A stretch of DNA of 64,000 bases from Rebecca billardiae RCC1528 (Eukaryota; Protista; Haptophyta). The notes under the pieces are model-generated. The model worked only from the letters and a program-made list of their open reading frames with translations, searched no databases and was not told the origin of the DNA. This document shows, piece after piece, positions 22,220 through 33,787 of this stretch (positions are counted from its first letter, which is position 1; every line of letters begins with the position of its first letter). Where the stretch lies: the NCBI GenBank assembly GCA_965240325.2, contig OZ251227.1:1736001-1800000 (forward strand). The letters run 5' to 3'. Position numbers and translations under genes: made by a program.

Positions 22220-22330
22220 TACTTGATTACCCACCGCAAGCACCCACCTCCGAACGGCGAAGGCCCGAGCCGGAGGGCGGCACGAAGCGAGTCCTAGGCG
22301 GCGGCGGGCTCTCGGCCTCGAACACAGGGC

Positions 22331-23197
22331 ATGGCGCCGCCGATCGCGCCGCACGTGGGATGGGCGTCGTGCTCCTCGACAGAGCAAGGCGAGCAAACCC
22401 AGGCTGAGCCGAGTGTGCCGCACGCCTCCGCTTCTTTGGCAGCTGCAGAGGACGGATCCGTGGGCGACAGCCACGAGCCGCACTGCTACGTGTGCATGGA
22501 GCAGTCTGACGGCGAGGGTGGAAACGTCCAGCTGATCGCAGTATGTCGTTGTTCTGATTCTGGAGCCATGTCCATATGCAAGCAGGTACGCCCACCACGC
22601 GGGCAGCCAGCGCGCAAACACGCACCTGGTTTGACACACGCGCGCGCTCGCCCCCTGCCGCCCTGCCCGCTTGTGCAACAGTGCTTTATCACATGGCTCG
22701 AGCGTGAGCTAGAGCGCGTGGGGGAGTTCGGGGCATTCCGCTGCATGATCTGTAAGGAGCCGTACAGGCTCGAGCGTGTCGCACCTCGCGCTCGGATCTC
22801 GTGCTACACGCTCGGTGAGCGGCTGCTCACCGGGCTCTTCCTCGGCAGCTTCATGACAGGCTGCTTGGTCGTCGCGTACATCATGGTGAGCCTCTCGGCA
22901 TTGCTCAGCGGCCATGCCGATGCATACAGAGTGCTCGTCGGCGGCGCCTCACAGATTGTGTTCCAGGTGGCTGAGATCGTCCTGCTCGTCGCCTTCGTCG
23001 TTGGCTCCGCAGCCATCATCCTCACTTTCTTGTGGCACTCGTTCAGCCCGTGCAACCCGCAGGTGGCCGAGGTGCGCACGGCGGACAAGGTGTTCAACCT
23101 GCGCGCGCTCGACCAGCACATCAGGCACGTCCCGACACGCGACGGCACCGCCGCTCATCGGCGACCCTTCCACTTCCGCAGCGGGCGCGGGAGATGA
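22331..23197 (+). CDS. RING-CH (MARCH)-like E3 ligase with two TM helices, paralogue 2; exons 22331-22585 and 22682-23197
   Basis: Same domain as paralogue 1. A 96-nt GT..AG intron (22586-22681) splits CKQ|C, and removing it restores alignment with paralogue 1. Confidence 0.87.
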   Translation: MAPPIAPHVGWASCSSTEQGEQTQAEPSVPHASASLAAAEDGSVGDSHEPHCYVCMEQSDGEGGNVQLIAVCRCSDSGAMSICKQVRPPRGQPARKHAPGLTHARARPLPPCPLVQQCFITWLERELERVGEFGAFRCMICKEPYRLERVAPRARISCYTLGERLLTGLFLGSFMTGCLVVAYIMVSLSALLSGHADAYRVLVGGASQIVFQVAEIVLLVAFVVGSAAIILTFLWHSFSPCNPQVAEVRTADKVFNLRALDQHIRHVPTRDGTAAHRRPFHFRSGRGR

Positions 23198-23727
23198 CTC
23201 ACTGATAATCACTAGCCACTGTCTGATTGACATGAGACGTCGCCGCGCGTGTGGCGACGCATCATGTCGTCATAGGCTTAGCAGTCATAGCTACAGCAAG
23301 AATATGCTGTCGTTATATATACGCCACGACTGTCGCCAGGGTCATCGATATTACTCTACATCCGAATCGACACAGACAGACACGTAGACGCAGTCACCGT
23401 GCAGACCGTAGGGCTCAGCTCGACTGTGAGACGACTGTCGGTCTCGACTCTCGGGTCTGGTACTTGGTAGGGCTCCGGACTACATAGTAGCAGATCGACA
23501 TTTTTGATTTTTTCATCAGCATCATGATGATGAAAAATGTCGATCTGTCACTGTCCGCGCAGTCCGATATATTCTCGCAGTGGACGATCTCGGCGGGCTG
23601 TCGAGTGCCTGAGAGATCTGGCGAGTAATAACGAGCGCCAGGGATGGTAGCAGTAGAGAATGCTTACACAATAATACGCCCCTGTCTGTCGTCGACGTCC
23701 GGGTCCGGCACAGGAACGATATATTGA

Positions 23728-25236
23728 TTAACAGGGCGAAGGACGCTGGCCACCGTTGCCGTGCTGCATGCGCACCTCGGCCCCAGGGAATGCCCGTGCA
23801 ATGGCCTCCTCCTGCAACGCGCGGTGCCACTCGAGCGCAAGCTCCCGGCGCCGACGGTCCGCTCCCGATGGCACCTCGCCGTCCCGGCATGCGTCGCCCT
23901 CATCCGCGGTGGCAATGTACTGCATGCGGAATGTCTGGGCCGTGCGCCCAGCCGAGTTGGTGAACGTGTCGAGCGCTTTCACGCGCACGCGCACACGCTG
24001 GCCAGCCACCTCTGCGCAGACCCGCTCGGCGAGCACTCGCAGCGCGCCGGCAGTCAGGTTGCCCGCTGGGCCAGACGGCGCGTCGGCCGGTGGCAGGTAG
24101 ACGGACACATCAAAAGACGGCGGCGGCGGGGCTCGTCGTGCGTTGGCTGCTGCGCGCCCGCCCATTGCACGGCATGCCCGATGCGCTGCTGGCGTATCAG
24201 CGAGTGGCACGCGCAGTGCACGGCGCCCAGCGGCTTGGGCTTGGGCCTGGGCGCGAGTTCGGCCCGCGGGCTCACGCGCTGCGACAGTGGCCGGGCCGGC
24301 GGCGGCGAGGATGAGCCGATTCTGCGCCGTGAGCTCAGCAGGCAGGCGCGTCTCTTCCACCTCGTACCCCGCCGTGCGCAGTGCAGCGCGCCTCGCGCCG
24401 TCGATGAAGTCAGCGACCGCCACACCCGCGGGCAGGTCAACCGCCGTGAGCGAGGGTCGAGCGCGGCTGTGAGCGCGCTCCGCCTCGAGCCGCACCGAGG
24501 CCAAGGCCGGCGACGCTCGGCCAGCGAGCTCGTGAGGCATCCAGCGCTTGAGCGAGTGGCAGCACGGCACGAGCGCGAGCGGCGCGCCCGCCTGTATCGC
24601 GAGCTCGACGATCGAGTCCGACAGCGTGCCGCACGCGTGCACCGAAGCGAGCAGGCAGCTCGGGTCGGGCAGCACGCACAGCGCGTCCGCCTCGATGAAC
24701 GTCCATCGGGGCGTGAGGTGGGGCCACGCCGCGCCGAACGCGTCGGCGATGCGCTCAGCGGAGGCGGGCATACGCCGATCGACGCACACCGCCGTGCGCG
24801 CCCGGCCGCTCGCGCCGTCGGCTCCTGCCTCATCATCGAGCATGAGCAGCATCCAAGCGAGGAGCCCGTGGCCGCCGGCAATGTCCGCGACGCGGCGCAC
24901 CTGCGGAAAGTGCGCGTGCACGCGGCGCGCGACCTCCCACGTCTCGAAGAGCTCCTTGCGCGGGACCACGCCCGTCGCGCACGCGGCGCGCGCGACGCGA
25001 TCGAACAGGTCTGAGCCCGTGAATTCGGCGGCATGCCTCGGCTGCAGCTTGCGCCTGGCGACCGCCTTGGTCTCGCTCGCTCGCCACATCGCGGGGTGGC
25101 GGAGCAAGTCAGAGGCACTGGCCACCGCCGTGGGAGTAGCGAGCTTCGGCGCCGCCACTCGCATGGGCCCAGCTGCTCCGCCTGCCAGCGCAATGAACGC
25201 CACGAGAGCAGCGACGACGTACACGGCGACCGCCAT
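23728..25236 (-). CDS. SAM-dependent methyltransferase (Methyltransf_32-like) with a C-terminal FDX-ACB-like domain and N-terminal signal peptide
   Basis: VADIAGGHGLL, VCVDRR, SVHACGTLSD, LVPCCH. C-terminal FDVSVYLP...VKALDTFTNSAGRTAQTFRMQY resembles a ferredoxin-fold anticodon-binding domain. Leader MAVAVYVVAALVAFIALAGG. Confidence 0.8.
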   Translation of the reverse strand: MAVAVYVVAALVAFIALAGGAAGPMRVAAPKLATPTAVASASDLLRHPAMWRASETKAVARRKLQPRHAAEFTGSDLFDRVARAACATGVVPRKELFETWEVARRVHAHFPQVRRVADIAGGHGLLAWMLLMLDDEAGADGASGRARTAVCVDRRMPASAERIADAFGAAWPHLTPRWTFIEADALCVLPDPSCLLASVHACGTLSDSIVELAIQAGAPLALVPCCHSLKRWMPHELAGRASPALASVRLEAERAHSRARPSLTAVDLPAGVAVADFIDGARRAALRTAGYEVEETRLPAELTAQNRLILAAAGPATVAAREPAGRTRAQAQAQAAGRRALRVPLADTPAAHRACRAMGGRAAANARRAPPPPSFDVSVYLPPADAPSGPAGNLTAGALRVLAERVCAEVAGQRVRVRVKALDTFTNSAGRTAQTFRMQYIATADEGDACRDGEVPSGADRRRRELALEWHRALQEEAIARAFPGAEVRMQHGNGGQRPSPC

Positions 25237-25352
25237 GAATTTCGTCAGCCCTCCGTGGAGTTCTCGTGAGTCGTGAGTGCGCGACCAAAGCTGAAAGCGT
25301 GACCACTCCGTCGCGGCGGCGCGGCTTCCATGGAGATGTTGCAAGGGCGGTG

Positions 25353-26058
25353 ATGTTGCGTCCGCTTCAAGGCTGCGCCGGCGCCGCCGTGGACGACAAC
25401 CCGGAGCTTCGAAATGAGCTCCTTGGCGGACCGATTCGGCCCGATGAGAGCGACGAGGACCGGGCGACGCGCGTGGGGATGTTGACCGTGATGCCTGGGA
25501 TGCTCGGCTCCACGCCCTTTGGGAGCGCGGGCGTGCGTGGCCCTGGAGTGTACCGACGCGTCGGCCACGTGCTCGTCCACCCGCGAGACTGCCCGGCATT
25601 TTACCCGCCGGCCATCTTCAAGGAGGACCCAGCCGCTTTCGAGCCTCCGCCAGCTCCGAGCTACTTCTTTCGCGGAGGACCAATCAACGGCGATATCAAG
25701 TCGTGGGGGCTGTACTATGACGACTACACCAGCGGAAAGGCGATCACGGCGCGCCAGTACGCCTTCAACACCATGAAGCTGTACACGAGGCCACCCGATG
25801 CGGGCGTGTACACGCCTCTGTGGCAGTTCGCCTCGGCCCTCGAGGCGCGCAAGCGGAAGGCGATGGAGCAGCGGCGCGCGCACGTGGCCAACCTGCAGTA
25901 CGTGCTCGAGCTGAAGCTCATGCTGCTGCACGAGGGACTCTTCGGCCGCGTGACGCGACGGATCGAGGTGCCGGCCTCGATGGAGCTGTACGACCTGCAC
26001 TTTCGCGTGCTCAGGCCCTGCATGGGCTGGTCCAAGGAGGACGAGTCCGCGTACATCT
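25353..26058 (+). pseudogene. Probably 3'-truncated gene ending within a pRiA4b ORF-3-like domain
   Basis: YVLELKLML...RVTRRIEVPASMELYDLHFRVLRPCMGW matches the start of the pRiA4b ORF-3-like fold. Codon-like composition ends abruptly at ~26055, and the remaining ORF overlaps the convergent gene. Confidence 0.55.
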
Positions 26059-26128
26059 TATTATCATCTGAGATAGATCGTCACTCGTCAGTAGAATTAG
26101 CAGTGCTGATTAGTTGTGCCAAGTCGGA

Positions 26129-27517
26129 TCATAGTGGTCCGGGTCGTGGCGGCAGATACTCGTTGTGGGCGGCGCGCCTGCTCTCCTCGTCGTCGTACGA
26201 GTAGGCGACGGTGCTTCCGCCGCCCACCAGCCGGCCGCCGCCGTCCTCGGTGCTGTGGCGCGTCGAGCGGCGGGAGCGGTGCGGGTGCTCGCGCGCACCG
26301 CCCACCGAGTCGTCGCGCTCGGGCTCGAGCTCCCACAGCGCGGGCTCGTCCAGCCCGCCGAGCATGCGGCGCTGCTCCTCGACGGGCAGCCGGCGGCGGA
26401 GCTGCACGTGCGCGGCGCACGCCACGTGCACGTGGATCATCTCGCCGAGCACGAGCTTCGTCGTGATCAGCGCGAGCGGCAGGATGCACCACGCCTTGTC
26501 CTCGAAGAAGGGCAGCACCGGCCACACCGCCGCGATCGCGGCGACGAGCGCGGCGACGAGGGAGAAGGCGTTGGCGAGGGCGAAGGTGCGCGCGAGCAGC
26601 TCGTCGTGCGCGCTGCACAGGCTGGCGATGCCGAGCAGCGGCGACGCGAGCGCCGCGAGCGGCGGCAGCAGCACGACGCACTCGAACGCCGCCTCGTCGA
26701 TCTGCCAGAACTCGATGAGCAGCAGCACCAGCACGAGCAGCTCGCACGCGAGCAGCGCGCTCACCATCGGCAGCACGGCCGAGAAGCCGACGCGCTGCCC
26801 GACGCGGAGCGGCTTGTTGTGGAAGAGCCACCAGGCGCACAGCTGGCCGACCCACGTGAAGCTCGCCGTGCAGCGCAGCCGCTGCCCCAGCCACGCCTCG
26901 AACGCGCGGTGCCCCTGCCCGTGCAGGTCCTCGCCGCCGTACGGCAGCGGCCCGCGCGCGGGCTCAGCGTCGCGCAGCGCGAGCAGCCCGAGCTTGTACG
27001 CGCCCGTGCGCGGCTCCTGCATGAAGCGCGCCATGTGGAGCACGCACGGCGGCGCGCCCGCGAGCGCGCCGCCGTCCGCGTCCACCTCCGCCTGCGCGTC
27101 CGCCGCCTCGAGCCTCGGCCGCTGCAGCCCCTCGAGCGCGCGGATCAGGTCCTGCAGCAGCCTGGACGCGTGCGCGGCGGGCGCGCGCCGGTCGAGCCGC
27201 CAGAGCATCGCGTTCACGTTGGTGATGGCCGCGGCCCACTCCGAGCCGAAGGCGGCGGAGAAGAGCGAGGCGACGAGCGTGTCCGCCGGGTCGAGCCGCC
27301 ACGGCGACCAGTACGTCCCGTCTCCACCGAAGAGGAGCACGAGGGGCGCCCCGCCCGAGAGCAGCGGCGCCAGCTCGTCGGAGTCGGCGCCGCCGTCCGA
27401 CGCGGCACCCACCGCCTCGCTCGCGAGCGCGCTCGTGCGGCGCAGGTCGTCGCAGCCGGCGGCGTCGGCGCGCAGCCGGGCGCTGGCGCTGAGCGCGCCC
27501 GGGTGCAGCTCCGCGCC

Positions 27518-27564
<47 letters not shown>

Positions 27565-29138
27565 GCTTGGCCATGGGCGGCATGGCGTGCAGCAGCGGCA
27601 GCCGCTGCACGCCGCAGCCGGTGTGCGTGCCCACGCGCCTCGACAGCGAGTCGAGCTCGTCGGTGGGCGAGTACGAGCGCTCGCCGGGGCCGGCGCCGCC
27701 GTTGCCCCCCGGCCCGCCGTACCCGTCGGCGCCGTCGCCCGCGCTCACGTGGTGCACGTCGATGTACGCCAGGTTGAGGTCGTACCCGGCCGCGCAGCGG
27801 AGCGTGCCCGAGAGCGCGCGCACGCGCACCGAGCGAATGAAGGCGCCGTCGTACTCTCCACCGACGAAACGGCTCAGCCGGGCGAGGCGCTTGGCCTGGC
27901 ACCAGCGGAGGAAGGGCAGGCGCGCGGGCTGGGCCGGCCACAGGCAGAACAGCGTCCACTCCTCCCACGGCTCCCAGCTCGTCAGCTCGACGCAGCGCTC
28001 GGCGAAGGACGCATACTCTGCGGCCTTGATGTGTGCGCGCAGGTGCGCCGGCAGCGGCGGCAGCCGCCACGGCGACGCGGGCGTGTTCGAGCCGCAGAGG
28101 TAGATGCGGCGCATGCGCGCGGAGACGTCGCGGAGCACCTCGATGCGCGGGTCGGACGAGCGCGGGTCCATCTTCGCCGACATGTGCAGCGCCGCCGCGC
28201 GCGCCTCGGCGGACGCGGAGATGAGCTGCGAGGGCGCGGGCCGGGTGGGCGTGTGCGCCATGCGGCCGCGCGAGCACTTGCGCACGGTGTGAGGCCGTCC
28301 GGAGGCGGAGCCGAGGCGGTCGGCGCGGGTGGGCGAGCTGAGCGGCGGCGCGCCGCCGGGCTCGGCGCACGCGCCATTCCCCGCGCCCACCGCGCCGCCG
28401 CCGCCGAGCGCGCCCGCCCCGAGCAGCAGCGCCTGCTCCCCGCCCGCGCCCGCGCCGCCCGGCTCCGCGTCGTCGTCCGGCGCGTCCACAAGCGGCCCGC
28501 CGTCGGCGAAGGAGGAGATGGCGGAGGGCTGCTGCAGCTTGAGCAGCGGCTCGTCGACGTCGGCGGCGCGGAGCAGCCGCGACAGCCGCGCGAACACGTT
28601 GCACCGCTCCGGGCAGCACAGCAGGCACGTCGCGCGCCGCGCGCGCCCCTTGGCGCGCGCCGCGCCGCCGCGGCCGCGGCCCGCTCGCACTCCGAGCCTC
28701 GGGCGCATCAGCACGCCGTACACGACGAGCTCGACGACGACGACGCAGCACACGGCGAGCATGACGACCGAGGCGCCACCGATCAGCCGCAGCCACCGCT
28801 CCACCTTCGTCGTGCACTCGGGCCACAGCAGCACGCCCTTGGGGCAGCGGTACGAGCAGTTGGCGTGCGCCTCGCCCAGGCGCGTGTACTCGTGGCGGCG
28901 CGGCGCGTTCTCGCACGGCCGGCAGAAGCCCGGGCCGTGCTCGGGCTTGTACGTGCCGCTGGGGCACGGGCGGCAGAGCGTGCCGTAGGACCCCGGCAGG
29001 CAGTCCGGCCCGGCCACCATCCCCATGTCCCCGTCGCTCGCGCCGCCCCAGCCGCGGCCGCCGCGCACGTGCATCTGCGTCGTGTTGAAGCACGAGCCGT
29101 CAAACAGCGCGCGCGCGCCCGGCGTCAGGCGGATGTAC

Positions 29139-29169
<31 letters not shown>

Positions 29170-31993
29170 CGTTGGGTACGGCGGCGGCGCCGAGGCGGAC
29201 GAGCCCGCCGGCGCCAGCGCCGAGGCGCGCCAGCCCGCCCGCGTCGAGGCGCGCCAGCCCGAGCGCGCTCGGCGCCGCCCCGCCGTCGGCGTCCGCCGCG
29301 TCCGCCGCGGGCGCGGGCGTGGCGGCGGCCATGCTGCTGCCCGCCGACACCTCGGCCGGCGTCGGCGCGGTGCCAAACCCAAAGGCGTCGTCGGCGTCGT
29401 CGGCGAAGTCGCCCTCGTCGGGGCTCTGGCGGACGCCTCGCGAGGCACCGTCGCCGCCCATCGCCGAGATCGAGCCGACGCCGCGCAGCTCCGACGTCTC
29501 GATGAGGACGGAGCCGCCCGCGCCGCCGCCCGAGCCGAGCGGCGAGGTCGGCACGCCGCTCGGCGCAATCTGCTGGCCGATGCTGTTGCCGAGGAAGAGG
29601 CCCGCGTCCTGCCCGTTGGCGGAGAGCATGCCGTCCACGTCGATGCGCGGGGCGGAGAGGTGGAGCAGCCCGCCGCCCGAGCCGCCGTACTCGCCGCCGC
29701 CGCCCGAGCCGACGAAGGACGGCCAGAGCATGTCGCCATACCGGCCGCCCCCAACCGACACGGAGCCGTTCACGCGCGCGCCGTCGCCGCCGCGCCCGGC
29801 GTGCCCGCCGCCGCCGCCGCCCGAGCCGATGGTGGTGGCGCCGAGGCCGATGCCCTGGTTGGCGGCGCAGCCGAACTCGGAGGCGGTGAGGGTCCCGCGC
29901 ACGCTCAGCGTGCGCGCCGAGCACGCCAGCACCGCCGCGCCCACCACCGCGCCGTCGGGCTCGACCACAAACGCCTGATCAACAAACACAGACACGGCGT
30001 ACCGCGAGGCGTTGCCCACGCTCGAGCGCATCGCGGCGCAGGGCAGCCGGTGGGACTCGGCGTTGACGTTCGACGTGGGCGACGCGAGCACGGGCGACGA
30101 GGGCGACGCGGCGCCGAGCCGCCGGCCGTCTTCCGCCTCGGACCGACCCTGCGCGCGCGCGGCGCGCGCGCCGGGCCGCGTGGCTGCGCCGCGCGCGAGC
30201 GGCGCGCTGGGCGGCTCGCGCGCGGCGCCGTCCCACGCGCGGCCGCCATCCTCGGCGCTCGCGTCGAACCACGCGGCGTCGGGCTCGACGTCGGTGGTCG
30301 CGGGCTCGGCGGGCTGCGTGGGGAGCGAGTGCTCCTCCGCCTCCGCCTCCAGCGCGCCATCCAGCTCCTCCCAGCCCGCCGGCAAGAAGCCGCGCGCGCC
30401 GCGACCGCCACTGCCGTCCGCGCCGTCGTCCGCGCCCAGCCCAAGCGCCGACCTGACAAGCGACAGCACGGGGCCTGCGACGGGCTTGGCGAAGAGCGCG
30501 CACTCGTGGCGCATCTCCGAGGCGCTCGACGCCTGCAGCTTGCCCGCGACGAGCAGCACGCGCGCCGAGATCCACATGTTCGACGCGGCGAGGATGCCCA
30601 GCATCTCGATGGCGATCTCGCCGCCGGAGGACACGAGGACCATCTCTCCCTGCGACGTGAGCCGGCCGCCGATCGTCGCGACCGTCGACGCGGCGATGAG
30701 CAGCGGCACGCTGGAGGGCGGGCGCGGGCACGCGGTGCCGTCGATCGGGCCCTGCGAGCTCGCCACCGGCGCGCCCGCCGGCGCCCCCCCGGCCGAGACG
30801 TACGACGAGCGGTCGAGCGTGAACGTCGCGACGCAGATCGAGAGGACCGTGCCGCGCACGGACGAGCCCTGCCGCACGGCAAATTGTTCGGCCACGATGG
30901 CGGTCGTGTCGGCGGACCAGTCGATGTGGCCGGAGAGGAGGTTGATCTGGTCGGCGCGCAGCTCGAAGCCGTCCGACGCCACCTGCGCGTGCCACGGCCG
31001 CACGAGCGCGCCGCCCTGCACGCTCAGCTCGTGCATCGGCGACATGGGCGAGGGCTGGCCGGCGGTGACCCCGTCAGTGATCGAGCAGCCGCACTCGGTC
31101 TGCTTGCGCGCGTTGTCGCAGTACAGCGTCTTGGTCGCGGCGAGGAAGACGGTGCCCGCGCCGGCTGTGTGGTGGCCCACGCCGCCCGAGACGTCATACG
31201 ACAGCCAGCGCGACGGCGCCGCGTGCGAGTACAGCCGGCCGCCGCCGCCCGAGCCTGCGACGCTGACCGCGCCGCCGGCGCCACCGCGCGCCGACACCAT
31301 GCCAGAGCCGTTGAGCATCGTCGAGCGAAGGACGACGCCGCCGCCGGCGCCGCCGCCGGCGTCGCCGTCGCCCGCGCCGCCGTCCGCCGTGAGCAGCCCG
31401 CGCACCTCGATCACCTGCGCCGTCAGCCGGATCAGCCCGCCGCCGGGCCCACCGACGCGCAGGTCGCCCGCCAGGCCGGGCGAGCCGACAGTGATCACGT
31501 TGGCGTCCGTGCCGTCGCCGTACGCCTCGCCGCCCTGCGTGACGCCGGTGCACGGGCTGCCCACGCCGCCATGGCCACCGCCACCGCTCGGACCCGGCGG
31601 GCGCGCGAGCGACAGCCGATGCCAGACGGATGCGTTCACGCGGATCGACGCGTTGGCGCCGATCACGATCGATTTGCCCGCGCGCACGTCGACCGTGGTC
31701 GCGCGCACGCTCGAGTTGCCCGACAGCGCGACGGCTTCGCGCGCGCCGAGCGTGAGCGTGCACGGCGGGTTGTCCGGATCGATCGCGCATCTCATCGACG
31801 CGTTCTCAAACTCGAGGCGGTCATACGTCGACTCAAACGTGCAGTCGCCACCCACGACAACGTCGCGCGTGATCACGCAGGTTGTGTTCGGCACGCCGCT
31901 CACGTTGAGCTCGCACGGGAGGTGCGGGCAGCGCGAGATGCTGCCACCCACTAGGAGCGCCGCGAGCGCCCCCAGCAGCCCGCCCACTGCCAT
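26129..31993 (-). CDS. Large Gly-rich membrane protein (1954 aa) with an ephrin-receptor-like Cys-rich module; resembles the plant At4g32920/At5g11700-type family
   Basis: Signal peptide; repeated GGGHGGxG/GSGGG/GGGAGGS motifs; CLPGSYGTLCRPCPSGTYK...CSYRC; TM; RIYLCGSNTPASPWRL; several C-terminal TM helices. Confidence 0.85.
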
Positions 31994-32179
31994 GAGGCCA
32001 CCGTCCGAGCGATATGCCGCGGCACCGCGTGCTCCGATAGCGTGATGAGGCGGAAGGTGGCTGACGGAGGCACGGAGCTTCGCTTTCAGCTTTGAATGCT
32101 TTGAAGCTCGGGGCCGCCGCCGCCGCCGCCGCCACCATCGTCATTATTTTGGCCGTTTTGGTCATCCCCCATCAAAACA

Positions 32180-33283
32180 ATGGCGTCCTCGGCGACGGCG
32201 CCTTCCGGGGCCCAGATGTCGACGCTCCCAGGACGGCTCTCGGGGCCTCCGGGCGGGCGATTCTGCCCTCGACGCTCCGCGTGTCTGCTGGCTACGCTGG
32301 CACTCACCCCGACTTGCGCTGCGGCGCACGGGCTACGCCTCGACCCGGCCGCGCGATGGCTTGAGGCGCACGTTGGGGCTGTGGCAAGCTCGCGCTCGCT
32401 CGGTGGCTCGTCGTGGGCGCATTGGTACGAGTACGCGGCGGGCGGGCGCACGTACTTCTGCAAGCGTTCGCCAATGACCGCTGAGCGCATGCTGCGCGCG
32501 GAATCGCTCGGGCTGCGCGCCATCGCCGAGACCTCTTCAATCCGTGTGCCAGGCGTCCTCCAGTGCGCCGACTGTGAGGAGGAGGACGGGTCTTTCTTGC
32601 TCCTCGAGCACCTCGACCTGCAGCCCATCGCGCGCGATGATGACGCAGGAATGCTTGAGCTGGGACGTGCCATCGGACGGCTCCACGCCGCTCCGCCGGC
32701 TCGCGCGCGCGGCCAAAACGGCGCCCTGTTCGGCTTCCCAATCGTCGGCACCATCGGCGGCACGGTGCAGCCGAACGCTTGGTGCGGCGATTGGATCGAG
32801 TTCTGGCGCGAGCGGCGTGTAGGCCACATGCTGCGGCTGGCGCGCGACGGCGAGCTCAACGCACTGTGGAAGCGCGTGCTCGCGCACACGGACGAGCTCC
32901 GCGGCCTGTTCTCGGGCGTGCATGTCGTGCCATCGCTCATCCACGGTGACCTCTGGGAGGGCAACTTTGCGTGCTGCTGCCAGACTGACGAGCTCAGCGG
33001 GGAGCCCGGCGTCGTGCCATGCGTGTTCGATCCTGCTGCGTACTACGCCCACCATGAGGCGGAGTTCGGCATGAGTTGGTGCGCCGGCTTGCGCGTGCCA
33101 TTCTGGGAGGGATATCGCGAACACGTCGCTGCGGACGCGGGCTTCGAGGCCCGCAGACCGCTGTACGAGCTCTACCACCACCTCAACCACCAGGTGCTCT
33201 TCGGCGGCGAGTACCGTGAAGACGCGCTCGACGATCTGCAGCAGCTGCTCGACGGGCCAGGAAGCATAGCCGATGCAGCTTGA
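32180..33283 (+). CDS. Fructosamine-3-kinase family (ketosamine kinase) protein
   Basis: YFCK, AESLGLRAI, FLLLEHL, FGFP...IGGTVQPN, PSLIHGDLWEGN, FDPAAYYAHHEAEFGM, LYELYHHLNH. Confidence 0.93.
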   Translation: MASSATAPSGAQMSTLPGRLSGPPGGRFCPRRSACLLATLALTPTCAAAHGLRLDPAARWLEAHVGAVASSRSLGGSSWAHWYEYAAGGRTYFCKRSPMTAERMLRAESLGLRAIAETSSIRVPGVLQCADCEEEDGSFLLLEHLDLQPIARDDDAGMLELGRAIGRLHAAPPARARGQNGALFGFPIVGTIGGTVQPNAWCGDWIEFWRERRVGHMLRLARDGELNALWKRVLAHTDELRGLFSGVHVVPSLIHGDLWEGNFACCCQTDELSGEPGVVPCVFDPAAYYAHHEAEFGMSWCAGLRVPFWEGYREHVAADAGFEARRPLYELYHHLNHQVLFGGEYREDALDDLQQLLDGPGSIADAA

Positions 33284-33787
33284 GCCGCCGAGCCATAAAG
33301 ACTGGCGGCCGCGATGTGGCGACGCTCCCATGACCCATAGCTTTAGCTTTGCCTTTTTCTGGTAACGGCCCGAAGGTGAGGTACGAGTGGTCGCTGGCCG
33401 GGCAAAACTACGTACACGAAAATGAACTTTTGTAGTACGTCGCGTTTATTCTTGCGGAAATATGCGCGGGGCTGCTCGGCCGCTCTGCCGCCGGACGACG
33501 AATCAGGAGACCTGCGCCGTCCTACCTGTGTCGTTAAATCATAGAGTCATAGACTGATGAGTCCGACCCGAGTTTCAAGGCTTTGCCCGCTAGCAGGCGC
33601 AGTGGGGGCCGACCACCGTCCACCGTCGTACCGTGCTTCGGCTGTCACTGACCGATCGAGTGTCGAGTGTATATATATATGTAACTATGTAGCAGTCGAT
33701 TCAGTATTGTCGTTATAGAATGTAGTATTACAGCAGTTCAAGCCGCGGCGTCGACGCGTCGTCGCGGACGGCCGGTCGCCGGACGTA

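Noticed and set aside
26165-31954. 1929-aa plus-strand ORF
   Set aside because: Antisense shadow of the real minus-strand gene; stop-free because of high GC3.
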